NCBI GenBank assembly: GCA_003252195.1
Contig: QKFK01000194.1
Coordinates: 1-45,262, forward strand
Reading direction: 5' to 3'
From: Rhodospirillales bacterium
Lineage (GTDB): Bacteria; Pseudomonadota; Alphaproteobacteria; QKFK01; SZUA-500
Length of the DNA: 45,262 bases
Shown in pieces: positions 1-8,423 of this stretch; within the stretch, counting starts at the first letter, position 1, and every line of letters begins with the position of its first letter. The position numbers and the translations under genes are program-made. The notes beneath the pieces were generated by a model. The model was not told the DNA's origin. It did not search any database and saw only the letters and a program-made list of their open reading frames with translations.

Positions 1-441
1 ATGGTAACGACCAACCCATTGAGCGTCATATTCTGTTTGCATACCAAAAGGAGCGTTAATGCCAAGGCCAACGAATAAATTGTCAGTTACTTGTGATGAA
101 AAAGAAGCATTAGGCACAGCAGCTTCTGTTCCAATATCTTCTTGCACGCTTGGACCGCTTATGGCACCACCAACAGGGTGGGTCCCTTCAAGGCTTTGTG
201 CGCTTACGTTAGGCATGATGTATGAAACACCTGTAGATACATTGTTGCCTTTGAATTTTGTAATTTGAGCAGGATTAAAGAACATATATCCCGCATCTCC
301 AGCTTCAGCTGCAGAGCCAGCAAAGGCAGCTCCTTGAGACATTATAGATTGTTCTTTAACTGCAAAACCTGCTGCATTAGCTAATTGAGGGAATAATAAT
401 GCACCGCCAACGGCAGCTGATAATAGTTTAGTTACTCTCAT
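1..441 (-). CDS. FadL/OMPP1/TodX-family outer-membrane transport protein, N-terminal 147 codons (gene continues past the left window edge)
   Basis: Hand translation of the reverse complement from ATG (441-439) stays open to position 1: MRVTKLLSAAVGGALLFPQLANA/AGFAVKEQSIMSQGAAFAGSAAEAGDAGYMFFNPAQI...YDAQWVGRYH. A signal peptide ending ANA is followed by the GFxxxEQS..G.A.AG N-terminal motif typical of FadL-type barrels. It is absent from the ORF track because no stop lies inside the window. Confidence 0.65.
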   Translation of the reverse strand, partial: MRVTKLLSAAVGGALLFPQLANAAGFAVKEQSIMSQGAAFAGSAAEAGDAGYMFFNPAQITKFKGNNVSTGVSYIMPNVSAQSLEGTHPVGGAISGPSVQEDIGTEAAVPNASFSSQVTDNLFVGLGINAPFGMQTEYDAQWVGRYH

Positions 442-539
442 ACTTATAACCTTAATATGTTAAACCGATATATCAGAACAATATATATAAATGATATTGA
501 TAAGCAATATAAATTTTGTCTAATTCTTTTGGTTGTTAA

Positions 540-1436
540 TTATTTGCCAAAAAATGCAATTAATGTGCAGAATAAAACTAGGAATAATCCTGCTTTTATA
601 TTGTTTCGATCGTCAAAGTTTATGATGCGGTTATATATCGTTACTAGTACAGGAGATAATGATTGTACTGCTGACACATAGGCTGGGTTAGGAGATTGAG
701 AAATTCCCTGATTGCGCAATAACATATATGTTAAATTAAAAAACACAGCGATTATGCCTGCTTCAATTACTTTTCTTGATGCTAATTCTTTTAATATTGG
801 GGTGCTTTTTTCTCGTCGTTTTATGAAAACGATAAGGTTAATGAAACCAGCAACAAAACTGCCAATTATAGCGTAACCAATAACGGCTCCAAAGGTGTTG
901 TTAGCATCTACAGTTGCAAACATCTTTTTGGCGAATATATCAAATACTATAAAGAGTAAATACATTGGTATCATGAATTTTATAACGTCTGAGCCAACAC
1001 TATTTTTTTTCATGCTATATATTGATGCAATTACCCCTATGGTTGAGAGTATCACGATATAAAATCTTAATTTGTCATTATATAAGTTAAAGAAACTTGT
1101 AGGCTCAATTGCCCACCATATAGACATTGAAAATATAATAAATAATGGAGCTAATCTAGTTAGTGGGCCAGCGCCGTATTTATTTACTCCATCGAAATAA
1201 CGATAATCTAGGTAAGAGATACAGCTTCCAAGAAAGACGGCATATATATAAAAATCAACATTAGTAGGTAGGTCATACCAAATTAGCCATATTGAGCCAG
1301 CTAGAGCTACGCCAAGTCCCCTCCATACTAGCAATATAGATGGTTTGATTTTGTAATGTTGGTTAAATGTGTTGTATCCACTTCCCATAATGGCAGCCAT
1401 AATAGATAAAAACTGCCAAGAGTTTAATATTTCCAT
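540..1436 (-). CDS. Polytopic inner-membrane protein, possibly a DMT/EamA-like transporter
   Basis: 298-aa ORF made almost entirely of about 10 hydrophobic helices, with no soluble domain. The family assignment is by eye only. Confidence 0.5.
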   Translation of the reverse strand: MEILNSWQFLSIMAAIMGSGYNTFNQHYKIKPSILLVWRGLGVALAGSIWLIWYDLPTNVDFYIYAVFLGSCISYLDYRYFDGVNKYGAGPLTRLAPLFIIFSMSIWWAIEPTSFFNLYNDKLRFYIVILSTIGVIASIYSMKKNSVGSDVIKFMIPMYLLFIVFDIFAKKMFATVDANNTFGAVIGYAIIGSFVAGFINLIVFIKRREKSTPILKELASRKVIEAGIIAVFFNLTYMLLRNQGISQSPNPAYVSAVQSLSPVLVTIYNRIINFDDRNNIKAGLFLVLFCTLIAFFGK

Positions 1437-1608
1437 AAAATAAGCTCTTTCCTTAATTTGTGTTTATGGTGATATTAATTCATAGTGATATTAAATAAAG
1501 TTTTTTTTGTTCTTATATATAATTTTTTAATTGTGTTAGGCTTGATAAAAAAATACAATCTACGAACTTTACAATTTCGTATATAACAATAATTAATGAG
1601 GTTTGAGC

Positions 1609-3660
1609 ATGTCATCAATAGACGCAGAATATATTGAATGGTTGAAGAGTAATTCAATGCTTCAAGGAGCTAAAGAATTATCAAGAAAATTCTCTGGTAA
1701 TAAATCACAATGGGTAAATGGTTTTGCTGATCCAAAGTCAAAACAAGCTGTTGCTGAGATGCCTGTTTGGTTTAACTCATATCCAGATTCAACTATGCCT
1801 TTTGAAGGACAAAACTTTTTAGAATTCTGTGGTGATGAACGTTTATGGACAGTGCTTAATAAATTGGGCGTGTCATTGCTTAGAACTGGCCCAGAAAAAG
1901 TTGCTGGTGGTATTGAAGGCAAAGAGCAAACTCCAACTGTTGATGGTTATTTTGACCGTATTAAATTAGAAATTGCACCTGCATTTGGTACAGATGAACA
2001 ATATGCAAAAATGGTAACTACTGCTAAAAAATTCAGTGGTCAAGTTGCTGGCGATATCATTCCTGGTCACACAGGTAAAGGTTATGACTTCCGCCTTGCA
2101 GAAAGAAATTATGATGAATATCCTGGTATTTATACTATGGTTGAAGTTGATGAAGCTGATTGGAATTTGTTGCCAGAAGTTAATGATGAATGGAAAAGCG
2201 GTAATATCCACCCAGATAACGTTATTAAACTAGCTGAAAAAGGTTATATCCCTGGTAATTTACAACGCGTTTTGTTTAGTGTTCCTGGTGATACCAGACC
2301 ATTATCTGGTTGGGATGCAACTGCAAAGATTGAAGGTGTTGATGGTAAGGTAAGACGTTGGGCTTTCTTGCATTATTTCAAATCTGGTCAGCCAAGCATG
2401 AACTGGCTCGATCCAACATCTGCTGCAAACCGCATTATCTATGGTGACGTTATTAAGAGTCTTAGAGAGCTTGGTGCAAGAATGGTTCGTCTTGATGCTA
2501 ACTCATTCCTCGGAATTGAACGTTCAATGAACCCTAATCGTTGTTGGTCAGAAGGTCACCCACTTTCTGTTAATGCAAGTAACTCAATTGCAATGTTTGC
2601 ACGTAAATTGGGCGGTTTGACTTTCCAAGAATTGAATTTGGCAATCGATAAGATTAAAGAATTTTCTATTTTGGGTGCTGACCTGTCATATGACTTTGTA
2701 ACTCGTCCAGCTTTGCAACATGCAATTTTAACAAAATCAACTAACTTCCTCAGATTGTCATACGACTTGATGAAAGAGCATGATATTGCTCCTGTTAGTA
2801 TGATTCACGATATGCAAAACCACGATGAAATCACTTATGAATTAGTTCACTTTATTGAAAACCCATATCATGAGTTCGATTATGATGGTGAGAAAATATT
2901 CGGTGATACTTTACGTAATATGATTATTGAAGAAATGCACGATATCGCAATTAATGGTGATGTTAAATATAATGCATTGTCAGGTAATGGTTTATGTACA
3001 ACATTCGCTGGTTTGATTGCAACTAGACTTGGTATTACAGATATCAATAAGATTAGTAAACAAGATAAAGAGAAAATCAAAAAATTACACCTTCTTATGG
3101 CTGCATATAATGCATTACAACCAGGTGTATTTGGTTTGTCTGGTTGGGACTTGGTTGGTGCATTGCCAATCGACCAAAAGGATATTCCTGAGTTTGTTGC
3201 TGATGGTGACACTAGATGGATTAACCGCGGTGGTTATGATTTGTTAGATGCAAATCCAAATGCCGAAAAATCAATCGGTGGCTTGCCTAAGGCTAAGTCT
3301 TTATATGGTTCAGTAACAGAGCAATTAAAAGATCCTGATTCATTTGTTAATGGTCTTAGAAAGATTATTTCACAACGCCAAGAATATTCTATTCATTTGG
3401 CAGATATTATGGATATTACTCAACCAGAAGATAAAGACTTGTTTGTTATGTTACATCGTTTGCCTGATGGTGACTTGCAATTTACTCTTCTTAACTTTGG
3501 CGATGAAGATAAAGAAGCTACCTTAAAAATTAGAGGCGGTGTGAATGACAAGTTTGTTTACTCAGCTGGTGATGAAAAACCACTTGGTAAGATTGAGAAA
3601 AGAAACATAACAGTTAAGGTTAAAGCAATGGACTATGTCTGTGCGATAATTGAAGGTTAG
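1609..3660 (+). CDS. Alpha-amylase-family (GH13) glycoside hydrolase/glucanotransferase-like protein
   Basis: ATG 1609 is preceded by GAGG (1598-1601); the track ORF starts at an upstream TTG (1603). GH13 signature regions are visible: GDIIPGH (region I-like), MVRLDANSF (nucleophile Asp), FQELN (acid/base Glu region) and MQNHDE (region IV). The subfamily is not resolved. Confidence 0.7.
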   Translation: MSSIDAEYIEWLKSNSMLQGAKELSRKFSGNKSQWVNGFADPKSKQAVAEMPVWFNSYPDSTMPFEGQNFLEFCGDERLWTVLNKLGVSLLRTGPEKVAGGIEGKEQTPTVDGYFDRIKLEIAPAFGTDEQYAKMVTTAKKFSGQVAGDIIPGHTGKGYDFRLAERNYDEYPGIYTMVEVDEADWNLLPEVNDEWKSGNIHPDNVIKLAEKGYIPGNLQRVLFSVPGDTRPLSGWDATAKIEGVDGKVRRWAFLHYFKSGQPSMNWLDPTSAANRIIYGDVIKSLRELGARMVRLDANSFLGIERSMNPNRCWSEGHPLSVNASNSIAMFARKLGGLTFQELNLAIDKIKEFSILGADLSYDFVTRPALQHAILTKSTNFLRLSYDLMKEHDIAPVSMIHDMQNHDEITYELVHFIENPYHEFDYDGEKIFGDTLRNMIIEEMHDIAINGDVKYNALSGNGLCTTFAGLIATRLGITDINKISKQDKEKIKKLHLLMAAYNALQPGVFGLSGWDLVGALPIDQKDIPEFVADGDTRWINRGGYDLLDANPNAEKSIGGLPKAKSLYGSVTEQLKDPDSFVNGLRKIISQRQEYSIHLADIMDITQPEDKDLFVMLHRLPDGDLQFTLLNFGDEDKEATLKIRGGVNDKFVYSAGDEKPLGKIEKRNITVKVKAMDYVCAIIEG

Positions 3661-3680
3661 TTTTTGTAATTAACACAAAA

Positions 3681-3716
3681 AAGCCCGTCATTATTTTGGC
3701 GGGCTTTTGGTTTGTT
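3681..3716 (+). terminator. Rho-independent terminator downstream of the GH13 gene
   Basis: A 9-bp stem pairs aagcccgtc (3681-3689) with ggcgggctt (3698-3706), including one G-U pair, with an 8-nt loop and a T-rich tail. Confidence 0.7.
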
Positions 3717-4118
3717 TGAAACTAATATTTAATTGCGTATCTAGGTGTAAGTGATGTTTCTGTACAACCGTGATGGGATTGTGAATCTAACAGTCTGACG
3801 ATAATAATGTCTGTAACGGTTAATACACCTTAAAATAAAGGTGGTGGAGGTTTGTGGTAAATCGACGCTATGTATAATCAGAGTGTAAGCTCTTAAAATG
3901 CGGTGATTGTTATTAGATATACTAATCTTGCAAAACCATATGTTTGGATTGTAATGATATATGTGTAATTTTGCTTATGTGTCTAGTTTGTAAAATGCTG
4001 AGTAATGTGATTAATAGCATTTGTATAATAATTTTAGTATGAGGTAGCTGTTTGTTATTGAAATGCTTTGTTAAATATCCTCAAACTAAATTCTAATTAT
4101 GCATGTGTGCTTTAAAAT

Positions 4119-4155
4119 CAAAAAAAGAGGTGCTTTTCAGCACCTCTTTTTTTAA
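4119..4155 (-). terminator. Rho-independent (bidirectional-looking) terminator downstream of rpsI
   Basis: The stem pairs agaggtgc (4126-4133) with gcacctct (4140-4147) around a 6-nt loop. An A-run lies on one side and a T-run on the other, 17 nt from the rpsI stop. Confidence 0.75.
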
Positions 4156-4171
4156 TTCTATCACAACGATA

Positions 4172-4636
4172 TTAACGTTTAGAGAATTGGAAGCTACGGC
4201 GAGCTTTAGCTTTACCGTATTTCTTACGTTCTACAGTACGTGAATCGCGTGTTAAGAAGCCGCTTTGTTTTAATGCGCCACGAGCTGGCTCAAATTTGTT
4301 CAAAGCAACACTAATACCGTGACGAACAGCACCAGCTTGACCTGAAAGTCCGCCACCTTTAACTGTGCAAACTACGTCAAATTCGTTTTCGCGGTTAGTA
4401 ACTGCGAAAGGTTGGTTGATAACCATACGAAGAACTGGGCGTGGGAAGTATTTTTCAAGGTCTCTACCGTTTACAGTGATTTTACCAGAACCTTGTTTAA
4501 CCCATACTCTAGCAACAGCGTCTTTACGTTTACCAGTTGCATATGAGCGACCAAACTCGTCTTTTTCTACTTTGCGAACTTCTACTTCAACTGCTTCAGT
4601 TTTTTTCAAATCGCTTAATGTTTTCTTTTCTGACAT
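4172..4636 (-). CDS. rpsI: 30S ribosomal protein S9
   Basis: 154 aa, ending ...[14 protein letters not shown], with [19 protein letters not shown] in the body. It has a roughly 25-aa N-terminal extension, as in alphaproteobacterial S9. Its start overlaps the rplM stop (TAATG). Confidence 0.97.
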   Translation of the reverse strand: MSEKKTLSDLKKTEAVEVEVRKVEKDEFGRSYATGKRKDAVARVWVKQGSGKITVNGRDLEKYFPRPVLRMVINQPFAVTNRENEFDVVCTVKGGGLSGQAGAVRHGISVALNKFEPARGALKQSGFLTRDSRTVERKKYGKAKARRSFQFSKR

Positions 4637-5103
4637 TATACTGAGCTCCTTTTGTTTTTAGGATTCATAGAAGCAACGTCCAAAACTTCTGGGCTTTGGG
4701 CAGCATGTGGGTGTTCTGTACCAGCATAAACGCGGAGGTTTGTCATGATTTGTGAACCAAGTTTGTTACGTGTGATCATACGTTCTACAGCTTTAGTTAC
4801 AACTCTTTCTGGGTGAGCGCCTTCTAAAACTTTACCAGCAACTCTTTCTTTAAGGCCACCAGGGTAACCTGTGTGACGATAGTAAACTTTATCAGATAAT
4901 TTTTTACCTGTAAGTTTAACTTTATCAGCATTAATAACGATTACATTATCACCGCAATCAATGTGAGGTGTAAATGTAGGTTTGTGTTTGCCACGTAAAA
5001 CTTTAGCAATCACAGAAGCGAGCCTTCCGAGAACAACACCTTCGGCATCAACGAGATACCATTTTTTCTCTACTTCAGCAGGCTTTGCAGAATATGTTTT
5101 CAT
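4636..5103 (-). CDS. rplM: 50S ribosomal protein L13
   Basis: [30 protein letters not shown]... is a canonical L13 N-terminus. I place the start at ATG 5103. The track ORF begins four codons upstream at a TTG (5115). Confidence 0.96.
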   Translation of the reverse strand: MKTYSAKPAEVEKKWYLVDAEGVVLGRLASVIAKVLRGKHKPTFTPHIDCGDNVIVINADKVKLTGKKLSDKVYYRHTGYPGGLKERVAGKVLEGAHPERVVTKAVERMITRNKLGSQIMTNLRVYAGTEHPHAAQSPEVLDVASMNPKNKRSSV

Positions 5104-5186
5104 CTCTACTACCAACTTTCTAAAAAATTAAAACCAAAAAGCCGGTTTGTATAAGGTTGATATCACCATCTCCGGACTTTGGCGCG

Positions 5187-5215
5187 ATTATGCTAACCTA
5201 TTTGTGTTTTGTCAA
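5187..5215 (-). promoter_or_regulatory. Candidate sigma70 promoter of the rplM-rpsI operon
   Basis: The minus strand reads TTGACA (5215-5210), a 17-nt spacer, then CATAAT (5192-5187), about 85 nt upstream of the rplM ATG. Confidence 0.5.
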
Positions 5216-5425
5216 CATAAATAAAATCAATAAAATCAATTAGATAACAAAGGGTATTATAATACCGTTATGTAAAGCATTGAAATATATAGATTTGATG
5301 TGTTTTTTTTGAGAGTGAAAAATGATGTTTTCATAATTTTTTTGAAAAATAACTTTATTTTGGCGGTGAATTTATAATAATTATATGTATGACGAGGGTA
5401 TTAAACACGTGTATTGAGGGTTTTT

Positions 5426-6730
5426 ATGGTTTTTGGAGCACCAACTTCTGATTCGAATAAGCTAGATTTGGTTTCTGGATTCGTTGCTGGAGAGCGTATG
5501 CGCTTGGAAAGTACGGACCCTGTTCCATTGCCTTCTCCAATATTTTTTAACCTTAGTGATAATGGTGGGCAGGTTGCCTTTAAGATATTTCAAGACGTAT
5601 TGATATGGGCAGATGAAGAGTTATCTGCATGGGGGTATTTGGCGGCTTCAACTCAAGGGCAGAAGAATATTCCAACAGAAGAGATAGTGCTTCGCCAATT
5701 GTCTGTCGCTGAAAATATGATTGCTGTAGCAACTAGCGCAATTAATAGGCAAATAGATACTAAAGAAGCTGAGGCTGTTATAAGGCGTTGTTTAGATGCA
5801 TATGCATCATTAAATGTTGTTCACTCAAGTAGTACGCTTGGTAAAATGGCGATTACTATGGAGAGATATCGTCCTATGGTGTTAGGTATGCTTGCGGGGG
5901 CAACTGGGAGTGCTCCGCCAGAAGCTGGGCGTAGTTTGATGAAGGCATCTGATAGCGAGGCTTTTACATTTGGTTATGCTTTAGCTCTGCAGTTTAGAAT
6001 CGGCTCAAGGCCAGATAATATTGCAGGCAAAATTTCTGGTTCTGAGATTAGAATAGATAGCCTCTTAGAAAGATTGGAGCCTTCTGAACACGCTTTAAAA
6101 AGAATAGGGGAGGAATATAAAACTCTTCGTTCTAAAGTTGATGAAGCAAGAAATAGCCTTGATAGATTAAATAGAGATGCTGTTGCTACAGCGTCGCAAA
6201 TGCTTGAACAAACTCAAAAGACATTGGAAAAAAATATTGAAACAATGTGGGCTAAGTTAGAAGAGATAGAAGAAAATGCTTCTAATCGAATTAGCGCAAC
6301 AGGTGTGTCTAAGAGCTCAAAAGCTAGGTCAACTATTGATTATTGGCATGATGTGTCAAGATATCATAGTGTAAAATCTTCTCAAGCTACTACATTGATG
6401 ATTATAATTGGAGTGGTTGCGGTTATATCGGAAGTTATAATATCCTATGGTTTGATGCGCTCTGGTGTAATATTAAGAGGTGGCTTAGATTTTGTTGCTA
6501 TAGCCTCACTTGGATTACCGTTTGTTGTGTCTGTGTTGTTGTTGAGTTTAACGGCTAAGTCTCAGCAAAAACACGAAAATATCGCAAATAACGCGCAAGA
6601 AAAAGTGGCAATGATAGAAACTTACGAATCTTTAGAGGCAGAAGGTGCCGCCTCTCATGAAGAAAAGATTATGATATTGAAATCATTGTTTAAAAATCAC
6701 TCAGATGGTTCTGATAAATCTTCTTTGTAA
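5426..6730 (+). CDS. Hypothetical protein: N-terminal soluble domain, long coiled coil, C-terminal two-TM hairpin
   Basis: ATG 5426 is preceded by GAGGG (5416-5420); the track starts at TTG 5414. Residues around 215-300 are heptad-like and charged (LKRIGEEYKTLRSKVDEARNSLDRLNRD...LEKNIETMWAKLEEIEENA). Two hydrophobic helices follow (TTLMIIIGVVAVISEVIISYGLM and FVAIASLGLPFVVSVLLLSL), then a helical tail. I recognised no family. Confidence 0.6.
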   Translation: MVFGAPTSDSNKLDLVSGFVAGERMRLESTDPVPLPSPIFFNLSDNGGQVAFKIFQDVLIWADEELSAWGYLAASTQGQKNIPTEEIVLRQLSVAENMIAVATSAINRQIDTKEAEAVIRRCLDAYASLNVVHSSSTLGKMAITMERYRPMVLGMLAGATGSAPPEAGRSLMKASDSEAFTFGYALALQFRIGSRPDNIAGKISGSEIRIDSLLERLEPSEHALKRIGEEYKTLRSKVDEARNSLDRLNRDAVATASQMLEQTQKTLEKNIETMWAKLEEIEENASNRISATGVSKSSKARSTIDYWHDVSRYHSVKSSQATTLMIIIGVVAVISEVIISYGLMRSGVILRGGLDFVAIASLGLPFVVSVLLLSLTAKSQQKHENIANNAQEKVAMIETYESLEAEGAASHEEKIMILKSLFKNHSDGSDKSSL

Positions 6731-6862
6731 TATTAAATTAAGAATTTTACGAAAATTTCTCCTTGAAACATAAAAAAATATATCAAATATAAATATAACT
6801 TTTGACATGGTTATAACTTTGGTTATATTACATGTGTAGTGATATTTTAATGGAGAGAGTAA

Positions 6863-8260
6863 ATGAAGGCTTTGAAGCCAATCTTGATTTCAGGAAAAGA
6901 AGTTTTGCCACTTATTGAAGGTGGTAAAGGTGTGGCTGTAACAAACGGTGCTTCAAGTGGTGCTTGGGCAAACGCTGGTGGTGTAGGAACTTTTTCTTCT
7001 GTTACACCTGATAATTATGATGAAAATGGAAATTATGTTCCATTAGAATTAAAAAGCAAAATCAGAACTGAGCGTCATGAAGAATTTGTAAAGGCCTCAA
7101 TTGAGGGTGGTATCGCTCAAGCCAAAATAGCATATGAGAAATCAAATGGCGAAGGTCGCGTTCATATGAATATGCTATGGGAACTTGGTAGTAGTCGTCA
7201 GATTGTTAAAGGCATTATGGAAGGAGCTAAAGGCTTGGTTCATGGTGTTACATCTGGTGCAGGTATGCCTTTTGCTTTGCCAGAGGTTACAGTTCCTTAT
7301 GGTGCATATTATTATCCTATCGTTTCATCAGCTAGAGCTTTTAAATTGTTGTGGAAACGCTCTTTCTGTAATCACTCAGAATTTTTAGGTGGCGTGGTAT
7401 ATGAAGATCCATGGTTGGCTGGCGGACACAATGGTTTGTCAAACTCAGAAGATCCTAAAGCTCCTCAAGATCCATACCCAAGATTAGTTGAATTGCGTAA
7501 GGCAATGAATGAAGTTGGGTTAAATAACACTCCTGTAGTCATGGCAGGTGGTGTGTGGTATCTTCGTGATTGGGAGCATATGCTTGATAATTCAGAAGTT
7601 GGTCCAATAGCATTCCAATTTGGTACAAGGCCATTGTTAACACAAGAAAGCCCTGTCGGTGTAAAATGGAGAGATAGATTGTTCTCACTAAAAGAGGGTG
7701 ATGTATCTTTGCAGAACTTTAGTCCGACCGGATTCTATTCATCTGCAGTTAGAAATGATTTTATTAAAGAATTAGAATCTCGTTTGGATAGACAGATTGA
7801 TTTTTCTCAAGAACAAACTGAAGAATTCTCTTTTGAATATGCAACTAAGGGTGCTGGTACAGTTTATATCAAAGCTCAAGATGCAGAAAAAGCCGAGAAA
7901 TTTGTTCAAGCTGGATTTGAATATGTAATGAAAACACCAGATAACACTTTGGTTTTCTTTACTAAAGAAAGACAAAAAGACGTTAAAACAAAAATGGCTG
8001 AATGTCGTGGTTGTTTGTCTCACTGTCGTTTCTCTGGTTGGATGGATAAAGAACCATTTACAACAGGTAGAACAGCAGATCCACGTTCTTTCTGTATTCA
8101 TAATACACTTATGGCAGTTGCACATGATGGAAACATTGAGAACGAATTAATGTTTGCTGGTCACCAAGCATTTAACTTTGCTAAAGACCCATTCTATCAA
8201 GGTGGTAAATTTGTTCCTACTGTTAAACAATTGGTAGAAAGAATTCAAACTGGAGATTAG
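6863..8260 (+). CDS. Nitronate monooxygenase / 2-nitropropane-dioxygenase-like FMN oxidoreductase (long form)
   Basis: 465 aa. The TIM-barrel flavoenzyme pattern is present: PLIEGGKGVAVTNGASSGAWANAGGVGTF, GVTSGAGMP and VVMAGGVWYLRDW. RBS GGAGAG lies upstream of ATG 6863. The assignment is by motif only. Confidence 0.55.
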   Translation: MKALKPILISGKEVLPLIEGGKGVAVTNGASSGAWANAGGVGTFSSVTPDNYDENGNYVPLELKSKIRTERHEEFVKASIEGGIAQAKIAYEKSNGEGRVHMNMLWELGSSRQIVKGIMEGAKGLVHGVTSGAGMPFALPEVTVPYGAYYYPIVSSARAFKLLWKRSFCNHSEFLGGVVYEDPWLAGGHNGLSNSEDPKAPQDPYPRLVELRKAMNEVGLNNTPVVMAGGVWYLRDWEHMLDNSEVGPIAFQFGTRPLLTQESPVGVKWRDRLFSLKEGDVSLQNFSPTGFYSSAVRNDFIKELESRLDRQIDFSQEQTEEFSFEYATKGAGTVYIKAQDAEKAEKFVQAGFEYVMKTPDNTLVFFTKERQKDVKTKMAECRGCLSHCRFSGWMDKEPFTTGRTADPRSFCIHNTLMAVAHDGNIENELMFAGHQAFNFAKDPFYQGGKFVPTVKQLVERIQTGD

Positions 8261-8291
8261 TTATTTCAATCTCTATATAATAAAAATAATA

Positions 8292-8321
8292 AAAGAGGTG
8301 TCTTAAGCGCCTCTTTTTTTT
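8292..8321 (+). terminator. Rho-independent terminator after the NMO-like gene
   Basis: The stem pairs agaggtg (8294-8300) with cgcctct (8308-8314) around a 7-nt loop, followed by T8. Confidence 0.7.
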
Positions 8322-8423
8322 ATGCAAGACACGGCTTTTATTGATGTGCAATCATAAATGGGTGATGAACTCTTTACATTTTATGCTAAAGTTTATGGTG
8401 CAGAGTTATAAAATAATGATAAT

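Noticed and set aside
59-681. + strand ORFs 59-268 and 457-681
   Set aside because: The first is antisense to the partial FadL-family gene, which stays open across the whole 441 nt. The second overlaps the 3' end of the membrane-protein gene and the AT-rich spacer. Neither has start context.
1475-2233. Short ORFs around and inside the GH13 gene (1475-1657 -, 1662-1922 -, 1966-2211 -, 2036-2233 +)
   Set aside because: They overlap the 684-codon GH13 frame or its promoter region. They are short and show shadow-frame composition.
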